From positions 1,272,562 through 1,336,561 of the forward strand of contig CAVNZM010000001.1 of the NCBI GenBank assembly GCA_963693365.1: 64,000 nt of DNA, in the 5' to 3' direction. This DNA comes from Amoebidium appalachense. Lineage: Eukaryota > Protista > Ichthyosporea. The position numbers and the translations under genes were made by a program. The notes beneath the pieces are model-generated. The model did not search any database. It was not told the DNA's origin and was given only the letters and a program-made list of their open reading frames with translations. Positions 22,557-42,678 of this stretch are shown one piece after another. How positions within the stretch are numbered: position 1 is the stretch's first letter; each line of letters starts with the position of its first letter.

Positions 22557-25500
22557 TCATCGGGTAGCCGAGTTCACGGAGGAGATCACGGTGCCAGATG
22601 ACGTTTTGAACGGCAGCATTGATGGCCAGAAGCTCAGCCTCGGTGGTGGATGTTGCCGTGATGGACTGCAGCTTCGAATACCATGTGATTGGGATGCCCT
22701 TGAAGAAGATGACGTATCCGGTGGTTGAACGACGGGTGTTGGGGCAGTTAGCAAAGTCGGCATCAGAATAACACTCCAGCAAGGGAGTGTTGTCGTCGGA
22801 TGCAGACCTGTCGTAGTGAAGGCCGAGGTTGGAAGTGCCGATGAGGTACCGAACTACACGGAGCAGACATTCCCATGCAAGTTTGGTGGGGTTGGCACTG
22901 AATCTACCGAGGTAGCCGATGGCAAAGGAGATGTCGGGCCGGGAACAACGAGCAACCCACAAAAGACGGCCGAGTAGTTCACGGTAGGGAACCTTAATGG
23001 GTGGTGAGTCGTTCTCGTTAATGGTGATGACGGTGCCGACGGGGATGGGTGTGGCCTTGGGGTTGGCATCGTTGAGGTTGAAGTCTCTGACGATGTCGTT
23101 GATGTAGGACTGTTGAAGCAGCTTGAGGTGACCGGGGGTGTGGATGAGCTGTGTGCCGAGGAAGATGTCGGGGAGGTCGACCTTGCAGAGAGCTGACTTC
23201 ATGATGTGGTCTACTAGATCCTTGGTGTGGGAAGAGTTGGCCGTGCAGATGATGATGACGTCGTCCACATAGTTGCCAGTGAGGATGATGTCACCGTTGG
23301 GGAAGGACTTGATGTAGACACATGGATCTGAACGGAGGCGTTCGAGACCGTGAGCAAGGAGGACCTTGTCGAAGTACTCATACCAGGCCAGTGATGCCTG
23401 CTTGAGGCCGTAGAGTGCCTTCTTGAGTTTCCAGACCTTGTGCTCGTTGCCGGGGGTGATGAAGCCAGGTGGTGGCTCAATGTAGATGTCTTCTTGAAGA
23501 GGACTGTTGAGGAAGGCCGTTGAGACGTCGAGTTGATGAATCTCATGGTTGCCGTCCACACAAGGAGGGCACGGACGGAGGAGGACATCACTACAGGGGA
23601 TGAGGTGTCACCGTAGTCAACACCGTAGACTTGAGTGAAGCCCTTTGCAACACCACGACCTTTGATCTTGGTGTCACCGGCTGAGTTGAGGACTTTCTCA
23701 GTCACAATCCACTTAAACTTGATGATGTTGGCATCAGGGGGGGATCAACGACGGTGAAGACATCCTTGGTGATGAAGGCTTGGTACTCGGAGGTGAGGGC
23801 AGCTATGACGACATCACCGTTGGGACCGTTGCAAAGCTTTTGAATGCCCTTGGGGAGTTGGTCAATGTTGATGGTCGGTGCTGTGATGCTGACCAGTGCC
23901 GTAGGTGGCTTGGTGAGACGTGCAGACCGACGAAGGTTCAGCTTGGGGGGGTCCTTGAGGGGGGTAGGGGCCGGGGAGGTGTTGTAGGCCGGAACAGGGG
24001 CATGGAAGCCAGGAATGGAACCGGTGGTGAGGGGGGCATCGGTGTCCACAGGGCTGCTCGAGGCCGAGTGGAAGGTGGGGGACCCAGGACGAACCGGAGT
24101 CATGTAGCTGGGTTGATGCACAGCAACGGGGGGGGCCGGTAGCAAGGGTTGTTGGCCAGTGGGGGGGGGGGGCTCGGGGGAGGTACGGGTTCAACCGGGG
24201 CTGGTTGGTTGTGCCAGGACGGTTGGGAGATGACCACAGACGGAGTTTCATCGTCGTCGTCGGAGGGGGGGTCCAATGTCGGCAGATCGGGTTTGGGGGG
24301 ATCGGGGACCTGATTGGTGCTGCTCGTGAATTTTGACTCGTCGAAGATGACGTCACGGCAGATCTTGACTTGGTTGCTGGCACGGTCGAGGATCTTGTGT
24401 GCCTTGGAGGGCAGATCCCAGCCGACGTAGGTGCCGACTCTGACGGTTGATGCAAGCTTGTTCCTCTTGGATCGGGGAACATCCACATAGGCAGGGGAGC
24501 CGAACACGTGGAGCTGGGAGACGTCGGGTTTGAAGCCGTGGAAGGCCTCGAAGGGGGTGTTGCCGTTGGCAGCAGATGACGGTGTGACGTTGATGATGTA
24601 GCCAGCATGCTTGAGAGCAGCAACCCACAACTTGGGAGAGAGAGGTTGATCCTTGTCGGCATGGAGGAAGCAACGGACTGTCTCTTGCAGTTCTCTCATC
24701 TTCCGTTCAACAACACAGTTGTGCTGTGGTGTGTCGACGGGGGCAAACTCCATGATGATGCCTTTCTGCTTGCAGTAGGCCTCGGTGTCCTTGGATGTGA
24801 ACTCGGAGCCGGAGTCAAACCGAAGATGGGTGACGATCTCAGGTGTCTGACGTTCGATGGTTTCAACGAGAGACTGAATGTAGCTGAGGGTTTCAGCACG
24901 GTTGTAGAGGGGGAACACGGTGGTGTAACCGGTGGCATCACAAACACACACCAGAGCAACCTTGTAGCCTCCGTAGGAAGCACAGGGAGCTTCGAAGAAG
25001 TCCAGGTGCCACTTAGCACCGGGGATGGTGAAACGGGAACGGGTGCCGGGAAATGGAGCCTTGGTGGTCTTGCCAGACATGCAGCCGAAGCAGTCACTGT
25101 TGTCGGGTGACTTGAGGGAGGGGGACATGCCAATGACAAGCTCATCCTTGGCCATTCTGGTGACGGTGGATAGGGCACGGTGGCCGAGACGGTTGTGCCA
25201 AAGGGTGAGGTCGTCGGTTGGTTGAGTCCTTTCTGTGTAGGCTTGGACCCACGGGTGTTGAGGAGTGTCAATCACGTAGTCAGTGATGTAGTAGAGACCG
25301 TTGAGGGGAGTGAGGTCGGAAATAATGTCACCATTACGGCTGTAGAGGAACGACGGGTGGGTGTCTGCATCGTCACAATGACCCAAAAGGCCGGCAGTTG
25401 AGGCCATGGAGGCAGACACGAGGAAGGACGGTGACTCGGGTACGTAGAGAGCATTGATGCTGCACGGGGTTGAGTTGCCGTTGTAGTGCAGTGTCAGGTT

Positions 25501-26551
25501 GATGATGCCACGGTGTGTGGCATTGACGGTGCGGAGGCCGTGAATGGGGGTGGGGGACACGGGGTAAGGGAGGAGAAATACTCCTTGATGGGGCAGATGT
25601 GTGCATTACAAGCACTGTCCCAGACGGGGTCGTCACCCGTCGGTGTGGTGTGCCGGTGGAGGAGATGAGTGCAAATTGCACACTCTTGTTGCCTTTCTCC
25701 TGCTTGGCACGACGAGCAACAGCAACAGCAACAGCCAGGCTCCGGGCATGCTGTGATGTGGTGGGGTTCGTGGCAGTAGGAACACTCCACTCTCTTGTTG
25801 TTGTGCTGTCGGTTACGGTTGTCCCTGTTACCACCGGGGTAAGGGGAAGTTGAACGGGGGCCGGGTGACTTGGAGGACGGACGAGGATCACGGGAACGGG
25901 ACGGGGAACGTTGAGGTGTATGCTCACGTCGAGGGATACGGTTACGGAGTTCACCGGGGGGAAGCACTCGGCTCTGAAGTGCACGAAGGGGACGGTTGTT
26001 GACGGTTGCACCAGTGCCTGCGTCGATGAGGCCGGCACGGATTTCAGCTCCTCGGATGTCACTGATGAGCTGGTTGAAGGACGGGTAGGCCTTGTTGTTC
26101 ATCCAGTAGTCTGAGCAGAGACGTTCAATGTCGGTGCAGGCCAGGGCGATGTTCTTGCGGAGGTGAAGGAAGAACTTACGTACGACATCCTTGTGCTGGA
26201 CGGGCTCGTCGAGGCAGGCAAGTGTCGTAGCCAGTCGTTGGAGGCGGGTGAGGTATGCTGTGACGGTGGGGTAGTCTCGGAGTTCAAGCTCCTCGTAGGT
26301 GACTTGAATCTGGGTGACTCGGGCCTCCTTCTCTGCCACATACGCCATACGCAGGTTGTGGAAGACTTCTCCACCGTGATCACCGTCTTGCATCCGGCCG
26401 GAGTCGTAGAGCTCGGTCGGATGGACGGACTGGTTGAGGATCTGGTCGAGGACGTCGGAAGCTTTCTTGTAGGAGTCCTTGGTGCCGTAGCCTAGCCACT
26501 GGTTGGCTTCAGTGCCGTCAACCCATTGTGGCCTCTTGATAGCGTCAAGGA
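22557..26551 (-). pseudogene. Ty1/Copia gag-pol, frameshifted and truncated at both ends
   Basis: CSYCHEPHHITAC, WDSACNAHIC, LWHNRLGH, WHLD/FDSGSEF/VVER, QLDVSTAFL, YVDD, SDADFA, TEAEL. Confidence 0.92.
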
Positions 26552-27115
26552 AAAATGGCTTAGTTTTGTTCTCAAAAGGATGGCTCGCCAATAGTTGCGA
26601 GCGAGTACATCTGTAGATCGTGTTGTGCATTCCTGTCTATTAATATATGTGTGTTGTGATTGGACAATAGATATATATGGAATTCGGTTTATTGCAAAGT
26701 GTCTTCACTTTGAGAGTGTCGACTATTAGGAAATATATGTATTTAACTTGATAAGTTTCTTTATAGAGACGAACATAAATATATATGTGAGTTAATAGTG
26801 ACTAGATGTATAATTACTTAATTTATTTAAGTAAGAGTTTCTAAACTTTAGCTTAATCGGAAGTTGGAATGCGTATGGTCTGTCGGAATGTGTTTTTCTA
26901 TCTTCTGATAGAACCAATTGGTTCTCCCTCTTTAGTTGTGATAAGATGATAAGTCGCAAGTACAAAAGGAACCGAGAGCACAATAAAGAATTAGTTGTTG
27001 TTTGAATCTTTCAATGTCTCGAGAACAACTCCGATTGCCCTCTCATTAATGTGTTAGTCGTGTTTTACATGACACCTCTGTGCACTCTGCTCCCTTAGAC
27101 CCGTACAAAACAACA
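26552..27115 (+). repeat. LTR family D, 3' part
   Basis: Reverse complement of 14209-14769; ends ..AAAACAACA. Confidence 0.85.
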
Positions 27116-28024
27116 GTTCACCCTCTTTTTTTTCTTTTTCCCCCTTCTGTCCACTCTCCTTCTTTTTCTTGTCTACCTCCATTACCTCCTTTCTATCCCT
27201 CTTATTGAACTTCACCTCGTGCATGGCAAGCAAGTGACGTTTAACATTCAACACCACCTCATCTACATCATCATGCTCCCCAAACATGCGTGCAGTGTCT
27301 GTGTTTACAGAGAGAGCCTTACGAGCAAACTCGAACTTTTCCTTATCACTCACGTCACCAGCTAACTCGCAAAGGTCTTCAAAGACCCGATATTCCCTTT
27401 CAAAGAATGCACGAGCTTCTACGGGGGACATATCCAGAGTGGGGAAGGTATACTTCCATTCTCGTAGCTGGGCCCCGAAGGTACGGCGCCGGTCGGCCGT
27501 CAGGTATCGGTCGACGAGCCGGGCCGTATACTCGAGCTCGTTCTCGGGTCGTGTGAAGGCCTCGAGCTCCCCGTCCACGTCGTCGGTGCTGTTCTCGTCC
27601 TCGTCGTCGGGGATGAATCGTGCGGCCTGACGTTTCTGGCCGAGCGTCCGGGACACCATCTCGTCTCTCCCCTCGTCGTACTGCTGCTCGTATATACGAG
27701 CCGTCACCTGGGGGGCCTGCTCGGCCCGGTACGGGTGCTCCTCCATAAGGGTGCATAAGTCGGCCATGGTTTGTGGTCGATGCACTGCTTAATCACTAGG
27801 CACGAGGCCGCCACAGTAGGGGCCTTCTTAGTGTCTAACACTAGTGTGGGTGTGGTTGCTATGAGTGTCCTAAGCCACCGTGGTATTTCTGAGTCGTGTT
27901 TGAGTGTGAAACTGAAAGCTGTGGTTTGTCTAACGTCTAGTGTGTGAACCTGTGGTATCTGTGTGTGCAGGGAGCTATCCTCCGCTGCCAACGCGTAGAA
28001 CATATCTACGTTGAACTTAGCCAT
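27116..28024 (-). pseudogene. Unidentified gag-like ORF (frameshifted, cut by LTR-D)
   Basis: ATG at 28024, two overlapping frames of charged helical sequence in a TE context; no diagnostic motif. Confidence 0.4.
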
Positions 28025-28891
28025 GGTGTGGTGTGTGCCCGAACTCGTGTGGTTGTTTTTGTGTTTTTTTTTTTTTTTTTTTTCTTTTTTTTTTTCTCGT
28101 TGTGTTTCTGAGGTGTAGCAACAGCCCAGAAGGAACTGTCACCGCGTTGCCCTAGCGCGAAAAACCGCACTAAAAGAAAGGTGTAGCTTGTCGTATCCTA
28201 ACGTGTATGTATTAAGAGACGCGGCACTCTTCTAAGTGCACATACACGGAAAGGAACGAACGTGTACTGAAAAACGGTAAAGTTTATTAAGACCAGGCTC
28301 CGACGGGCAAACTTAGATCCGAACGGAATGAGGCTAAGTCACAACTGAGGCCATCAAGGCCGTGCCCTACAAGATCATCATCACCTGGCCCCCCTACGAT
28401 GCCACATTCCATACATTCCGATCTATTTTATCGTGCGCCTGCACGAGCTAAGTCGATCGACTCAAACTACTAGTAATATATTTATCCAGTCTCACCCCTC
28501 TCCCTTCCCCTAGTGGCACCGCGGAGTCTAATTCTACATTTCATACTACCCCCTCCCCCCCCCTCCCTCCCCCCTTTCTTCTACATCGAAATATATAAAT
28601 ACGTTTGGCAGCATACACTATCAAAACTTGCCAATATTTACAAAGGGCTTCTGCCCGAACTTATCACATTCCAAAGTCCTCCTACGATCTATCCTACACA
28701 CTAATTAGAATTCTATTGGTCGGCTGCTCCAGCTGACGTGGTCCTGCCCTGCGCCGGCAGAGGCAAGAGGCACGCAGCTGTACAGCTATCTTGAGGCCCT
28801 GGACTTGATCTTGATGATCTGTGGACCCGGGCCACCCCCCCCCCCCCCCAATCTCGATCGTAGACTTAGGCTGATCTGCTGAGACGGATTA

Positions 28892-30744
28892 GTATATGTC
28901 AGCGTCCCAGTATAAATAATTATCTATAGCCATGTCGTGCTGGTTGACTGCCAGTCTAAACCTAGTCCTCGGGATGTACCTTCCCCGTGTCTTAACTGGT
29001 TGAGCACCAGTCTATAAATCAGTCCACAAGATGTTCATGCCTTGTGTTTATCTGGGTGGTCCCCAGTATAAAACATTAGCCACCAACACGTCACGCCTAC
29101 ACTAGTGTTTTCTTCTAGAAATATATATATATCGTCGTTGGCTACCGTCATGTTCCGAGTCTTCCGAGGCAACCTTCGTTGTGTGCTTCTTCCGTTTTGG
29201 TTTTCTTCCCCTGCTTGCCCCTCCAAGTCTTCTCCATTTGTCTTCTCGAGTGGGGAAACTTGACTGTGACTTCACGGCACCTGCTTCTACAAGTGTGAGA
29301 GTGTTGACATCAACAGTCACATCAACAAACTTCACGAGAACCCAACTTCCAACCCTTGAGTGGGGATGTCATCTTCCCATGATTATCGGCCAGACTTAGA
29401 AGTTGAGTTTTATATATGTTTATTAGTTTGTTGTAGTTTGTTTCCTTTTCCTTTTCCTTTCTCCCTTTGTTTCTTTCTTTCCTTTCTGTTTCCGTGTGCA
29501 CCGATATCTTAGATCTGTGTACACATCGAGATATTTAGCCCGCGCACACGTATTGTCGTTTGTGTCAATGTCTAAATATGTCGTCCAATCAGATCAGGTT
29601 GTATTTTCCCAAATATAGTAACCTACATTCCTCATTAATTCTATTCGATTCCTTTCCCATCCCATTCCTTTCTATCCTCATTCCTTTCCCTTCTTTTCTC
29701 ACGACGTAGCATTGTTCTATGTTCCCCAACTATTAGGAATACTTATATTTAGACGTGTTATGTTAAGAACATGTATAAATATATGATGTGAACTAATAGA
29801 TACATAAGTGGTTTCATTTTGTTAAATGTTTCCGTACTTTTATTAGAAGATTACTTTCATTAGAGGATTGTGTTTTATCTTCTATGTGTCGACAGGCATT
29901 TCGATCGATTTATTTACCCTCATAGTTTTCGTCTTTCTGATTGGAAAATAGAGTTTTCGTTCTTTTGATTGGTTTATCGATTTCACATTCCTGAGTATAA
30001 AGGAACCTTATCTTGAAATAAATATCAAGCAGTCGAATTCATTGCCTATGGTCCCAGTAATCGTTCCACCTCTCCGGTTGTGTTTCTCCCGTGTGTCTCT
30101 GTGTTGTGTATAACATAACACCCATCTGTGCACTCTGCTTCCCCGTTTACCCACACAAAACAACATATTGTCGTTTGTGTCAATGTCTAAATATGTCGTC
30201 CAATCAGATCTCGATGTATTTTCCCAAATATAGTAGCCTACATTCCTCATTAATTCTATTCGATTCCTTTCCCATTCCATTCCTTTCTATCCTCATTCCT
30301 TTCCCTTCTTTTCTCACGACGTAGCATTGTTCTATGTTCCCCAACTATTAGGAATACTTATATTTAGATGTGTTGTGTTAAGAACATGTATAAATATATG
30401 ATGTGAACTAATAGTTACATAAGTGGTTTCATTTTGTTGAATGTTTCCGTACCTTTTATTAGAAGATTTCTTTCATTAGAGGATTGCGTTTTATCTTCTA
30501 TGTGTCGACAGGCATTTCGATCGATTTATTTTACCCTCATCGTTTTCGTCTTTCTGATTGGTTTATCGATTTCACATTCCTGAGTTTTCATCTTGAAATA
30601 AATATCAAGCAGTCGAATTCATTTCCTATGGTCCCAGTAATCGTTCCACCTCTCCGGTTGTGTTTCTCCCGTGTGTCTCTGTGTTGTGTATAACATAACA
30701 CCCATCTGTGCACTCTGCTTCCCCGTTTACCCTCACAAAACAAC
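28892..30744 (+). mobile_element. 3' UTR, PPT and LTR-E (29367-30165) followed by a second partial LTR-E (30166-30744)
   Basis: GAGTGGGGA abuts TGTCATC; 30166-30744 repeats 29551-30165. Confidence 0.85.
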
Positions 30745-31815
30745 GCTGACTGCCCCCCCCAACCGTTCACCGTGCCCTACCGTGAGTTACTCGGCCGTCT
30801 TCTCTGGGTGGCACGGTGCACACGTCCCGACATTGCCTATGCCATCGGTTTTCTTGGTCGGTTCAGCAACAACCCCGGCAAGACTCACTGGGACCTTCTC
30901 CGTCATGTGGCCAGGTACCTCCTCGGCACCATTGACCTTGGCATTGACTACAAGTACTCGGCCACCAAGCCCCCCATACTCGAGTGCTACACGGATGCTG
31001 ACTTTGCTGGTTGTGCTGACAGCAAGAAGTCCGGTTACATCATCGAGTTTGCTGGTATGCCCATCATCTGGTACTCCAAGCTCCAGCCCATCACGGCCAC
31101 CAGCACCACCGAAGCTGAGCTGATTGCCCTCAATGACGGCACCCAGGAAGTTGCTTGGGTCCGTGATCTCTGCAAGGAACTCGGCTGCCCCATGCTTGCT
31201 CCGACTCCGGTGTATTGTGACAACCAGTCGACCATTGCCATCGTCAACTCCACCGGCATCAAGCACCGTACCAAACACATTGCCGTCCGGTACCATAACA
31301 CCAAAGACTACATTGCCAGTGGGGATGTTGTTGTCCACTACGTTAGTCAGCTCACAACTTGGCCGACATCCTCACCAAGCCCCTGGCCCGAGTCACGTCA
31401 CCCATCGTGCCCGACTTGTGTGCCGGACATTGTCGATTGAACCGTCTTCCTTCACGTGTGGTCTTCTACTACGGCTGGGGCCCTGGACAGCAGATGCATC
31501 TACACTGCCTCCCGGCTGGAATGATTACTACTTAGTTTACCACCATCACTATTTCATATGTATATTGCCTTTGTGGGTATGCCCACTTAGGGTTTTTATA
31601 TACGGTTTGACCTGTGTTGCGATTCTTCTCTATCATTCACTGGTTTAAAACCCAGTTAGTCACATCCCGACCACCATCGTTATATATCTTCGTTGTTTTT
31701 GCCCCGCCCCCCCCCCCCCCCTTCCCCCCCCCCCCTCCCCCCCCCTCCCCCCCCTCCCCCCCCCCCTTCTCCCCCCCCCCCCTCCCCCCCCCCTTCCCCC
31801 CCCCCCCCCCCCCCC
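30745..31815 (+). pseudogene. Copia RT C-terminus/RNase H fragment plus 3' UTR, same family as 7030-10058
   Basis: Protein nearly identical to the last ~230 aa of the 857-aa ORF; small deletions; 3' UTR motif and C-tract follow. Confidence 0.92.
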
Positions 31816-32297
31816 TGTCATCTACCCATGATTAACGGCAAGACTTAGAAGTTGAGTTTTACACATGTTTATTAGTTTGTTATTGTTCGTTTCCTTTAAA
31901 TTTCCCTTTTCTTTTCTTCCTTCCTTTCTTTCCTTTCTGTTTCCGTGTGCACAGATATCTTAGATCTGTGTACACATCGAGCCATTTAGCGTATTGTTGT
32001 TTGCGTCAGTGAAGACACATCACGATAAACCGAATTCCATACATCTCTATTGTGTCCAATCACAACACGTATATTAATAGACAGGAATGCCAAACACAAT
32101 CTATAGATGTACTCGCTCGCGACTATTGGCGAGTCATCCTATTGTGAACTAAGACTAAGCCAATCACGAAACCTTTCAGATAAACAGAGGAGAGCAAACA
32201 GAAATAAAATACAATAAGTTCTTATCAGGCAAGAGAGCCAGGTGTGCACAGATCTACAGAGATCTGTGCACACAGAAACAAGGGAGAGAGAGAGATA

Positions 32298-32333
<36 letters not shown>

Positions 32334-32468
32334 GAGAGAGAGAGAGAGAGAAAGAAAAGACAAAAGGGAAAGAGCACAAAGAAGGAAAGCAGACACGAAT
32401 ACAAACAAAGCTAAGACTCATACATACTTCAAGACTCTTGCTGTCATACGTAGTGACGTATTCCGACA
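31816..32468. repeat. LTR-E 5' fragment (31816-32007, +) fused to LTR-D 5' fragment (32008-32468, -)
   Basis: Direct comparison with 29367 onward and 14610-15107. Confidence 0.8.
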
Positions 32469-32473
32469 TTCCC

Positions 32474-32504
<31 letters not shown>

Positions 32505-32597
32505 AAAAAATAGAAAAATCCGGGCTCTTAAGCATCCCCTTGCAACCCATCAACTACAAAGTCTTTTGCGGATAGGGCTTTACACCGGAGCATACAC

Positions 32598-32969
<372 letters not shown>

Positions 32970-33536
32970 CAAGTTATCCATCTTGAGACTGCCTGCCGAC
33001 GTCAGCAGTGACTTGAGCTGATATACGCTGACTCCTGATCCCAATTGGCACTATTCGCATGTACATGTTACTTGCTTTACGGATAGTAGTGCCATTTACA
33101 TAGCTGTTTTGGATGACCTCTCTGTTATTCGGATTATTGCTCTTTGGCAGTTGCTATAGAGTTATGAGCCACTAGAAAGCCTAAGTGCGGCAAGCACCAA
33201 TCTGTAATTTTTTTACTTAGCTGGGCTAGATGCTCCCTTCCCGAAAATAAAGCTACGGTGACCTTTGACCAATACCATCATTGGGCACCGTGGTATTCAT
33301 CACGATTTAATGCCAGTATGCTTTCCTAGGGATAGAAATGTTCGTCATTTAAGACAACTATGAAATAATCAAACTTCATTTTCATTATTGTTGTCGATGA
33401 GCATTACTGAAAATCATAATGATTCCCACCGTATCCTCATAATGATTACCATACCTCTGATATTTATTATGAGCATATAGATAGTAATGAAAAACATGTA
33501 GTCATGGGGATTCACACACCCTAAATTTTGCTGATG

Positions 33537-33567
<31 letters not shown>

Positions 33568-33668
33568 ACACACCCTCACACACACACGCGCGCGTGCACG
33601 TACACGTACTATCCCCCTCCCCCCCTCCCCACTACTACCACCACACACACGTGACAAGCGCGCGCGCT

Positions 33669-33746
<78 letters not shown>

Positions 33747-35112
33747 CCTTCAGTGCACGGGGGAACTTCGAATCCCCCCCCCCCCCCCCCCTGGGGGGGA
33801 GGGGGGAGGGGGGTGGTTACTTTGAAGATAATGACCCTACGGTGCAGGAACATCAAGATTCTAGAGCCTACTGATCCAGATTTACCTTTATCTTAAAGGC
33901 GGGCACACATTTGTCTAGTAAAAGAAGCAGCAACCCAACAGTGATTCGATACAACCTAAACGGTCCCGCAGACACCAAGAACACAAAAATCTGCTTCATG
34001 CTGCACTGGAAGTTCAACGGGTCACAATAGAATACATTGATTGCTGGACGATTTTTCTTATGCTTGAAGTATTGGTTCGAAGAGTGTTGGGCCTCTGAAG
34101 CTGGGCAGACACAAAGCAGTTTCAGCTTGACCGAGTTCACTATATGATGGGGGTGGGCCTTCGGGCTCATGTCGAAGTGGTCGTGCTGGTGTTATGTACG
34201 CGTACATGTATACTGTAACACTCTTTGCAGTTCGTGCTCTAGACTTTCTTTAGAATTTCTTTCTCTTCTTTCTATGTAAGCTTCTTGCATGGATCACTGC
34301 ATGGGTACGTGAATATCTGTCCGTAAATCCGTCTACATGGTCCGTGGCTGCGATAGTATTGAGTCTGTACTTTAGGTTTGCTGTGCACGTGTCTTAGTAA
34401 TACTTGTTGGGCAATGAAACACATGTTTTTGCGTTTCTTGGATAGCTATACAAGTTCTAATGTTAGCGTGGTTTATCACCTGTGCTGATGATATGTTGCT
34501 GATTTAGCAGAATAGCTGCATTTGAATTGCTGTGTTGGATACATGCATGGTGCCAGATAGTTCTTGGTTGTTCTTTTTTGATTTTTTGACGACCATATAA
34601 AACAGTGCACGTGTGTTACATGACTACTATCCGATTCAACTAATGTGCAATTGAAGTACTATTGCCGTTTACTGCACAAAAGATGTGGACTAATCATCCA
34701 ATGCATCTATCACAGACCACACTATGCAAGCACCACCTGAACCTGAACATGGCAGCAGCTGCTAAAAAACGGGCAAAAGCTGGAAAGGGAATTTGCCTAA
34801 CAAATGAAGTCATTTCACGTTTACAGAAGGACACACTTGACCTAGAGTTAGCTGAGATGAACAGCATGTCGAACAAGAGGCCGTTGAACGAGCAACTGAG
34901 GAAAGGAAGAAATAACAGAAAGAAATAGAACAAACACGACAAGCAAAATGACACAAGGGAGAAAAGGAAGAGGAAGAGAGCTTTCACAGAGCAAAGTAAA
35001 AAGCCAAAACGTCAGGGCTAAACACAAACCTCAAAGCCTTTACAACGGTAAATATTTTTTCAAACATCAGAGCGAGCCGCTCCAACATCATATCCGAGAT
35101 TTTAAATTGTCA

Positions 35113-40488
<5,376 letters not shown>

Positions 40489-40929
40489 GTTTGCCTGTGT
40501 GTATGCCTAACGACGATGCAATATGTAGAACGACGAGTACAAGCAACCCCCAATGTCTGCTGGGCACGGTGTGCCCACAAGGCTTTAACCTCTCTGACTT
40601 TCTGCGTGGGTTCCTGGATGATTTTACTTTCCGTATGTTGCAATTGCGTGTCTTGCGGTGGTGCTGAGAGCTGTCATAGAGTTATATAGATGTAAACCAT
40701 CCGATGTAGAGGGCTGTGAGAGTCGAACTTGCAATTGAACCGTTCGAGCTTGCAATTGAACTGATAACCTGCACGGTCCCCCAAAACTCAAATGGATGGC
40801 GCGAGTAGTTCGAAAGATCTTTTTTTTTTTTGCCCCGAAAGATCGTGTCGTGTGTAACTAGTCTCCAAGGCTATGTACCCACTGGCTTACATAAGTCGCC
40901 GGGCGCTACTATGCCGCGCATGCGGGGAA

Positions 40930-40963
<34 letters not shown>

Positions 40964-42062
40964 CCGCAGGGAAGACAGCACTCAGAGTGACTAGTGTGAA
41001 ACCGCTCAGCATGCAACTGTGACATGCGCAATTCTTTAGGGTCTTGGCATATATGTAGGCCAAAACTTTCCGCTACCAGACATCAGGCTCTACATTGTTC
41101 AAGGTATAAAAATAATAGACAAGTGTAAATTAAATGAAGGGTTTCTGGTATAGCAGAACCTTTTTTATTATTAATAATTACTACTGGGTAACCGTTAGTC
41201 ACACACGTGTGGAAATTTAAATAGTGTAATCTAGTGGGGTCTATGAAGGCAGCGAATCGCGGCCGTGTTGATCGCAGGGGGGGATTACGAAAAAAAAATC
41301 GTGGTAATTACGATTAACAAAAGTCCCCGATACGTATAAGGTTAGGGTGCCGTCGTAACAGCTTTCGTATCAGATGTATAGCATTATAAACGCTTTAAGG
41401 CCCCCTAATATCTAACTGTACCTAATTTTTTCAATATTTCTGTTCAAGAACATATCTACAGCGCTTCGCATGAGCAATATCGAACCCCGACAAGGGTCCA
41501 GGGCTTGTAATTTTGCGATACTGAATTTGTAAAAAACGCGTATTTTGAGTTTTGTGACTGGAGGGGCGTTTTCAGCTGGGCTTGCAGATCCCCAAGAACC
41601 CCCCGTTGCGATTAAGAAACTGTCCGTTACGATTGGCCAAAGGGCAATACGGTTAAGCTGGCCAACCCCAGCCCAACCCTGGTTGATCATGTTAGGTGAC
41701 CAATGGTTCGGAGGGGGTCAGGCGGCGCCGGCAACTTCAAGGCGTCCAACCAACCACACAGGGGTGTGGCGACTTGACTTCAAGTCGCGACTTGAAGTCA
41801 CCAAGCACCTGACTTCAACCAAGTCAAGTCAAGCCACGAGGCCGGACATAGGAATGACTTGACGGGGGGAGGGGGCCTTAGGACGTGGAAGCGTAGGAGG
41901 ATGGGTGGGAAGGGGGGCCGCAATGCCCGCCCGTGGCCCAGTCGGCCGGAGGAGTTACTAAAAATAATACCCTTCCAAGTTGCGACTTGCAAGTCAAGTC
42001 AAGTCATCAAATTCAGCAAACAATTATAACAAGTAATCTCACTAGCGCTCGGTCGCCCAACC

Positions 42063-42642
42063 TCTAAAGAATGGAAAGACACTGTGAACAGTATGTTTCA
42101 GTGGTCCGTTTCGAGACTTGCCAGACTGACCTTCCGAGGTCTGTCTACCGTGTTTTATTTGCATGTGGATAGACATCAAGATATCAGCGTGGATGGATAT
42201 CCACCAATGTGAATATCGGTTTCGCGAGTCGGCGAGTAGTCGACGAGTGCTCATCAGCACATCCCCCGCACAAAGAAGTCTGGCTTCGCCTACCTTGTGC
42301 ATCTCTGAGAGATGAGCGCACTCTTTCAATAAATACTAAATTCTATGTATTCTTATATATTGACTATTCCACTGTATCTCTTCCATTATACTATTCTAGG
42401 TGAGTGGGTTTTGTTTTGTGGAGTCTGCCACTAAACTCCAGGTTTTAGGGGGGAAAACACTCTCAGAAACCCCAAGGGCTCTACTCCTAGTCCCTTTTCG
42501 TGAACAATGAGCACATGGTCATGCTAGTCCAGCTAGCTTTTCTAGACCAGAGAGCGGGCGTGTGTGGTTTTGTGCCATTGTTTTGAGAATCGTTGTGGTA
42601 TGCTGTGCCATCGCATCTGCATGGTTCGCATCTCAAACCACT

Positions 42643-42678
<36 letters not shown>

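Noticed and set aside
34662-34990. Lys/Arg-rich ORF, possible transposase tail
   Set aside because: Short, broken, no catalytic motif
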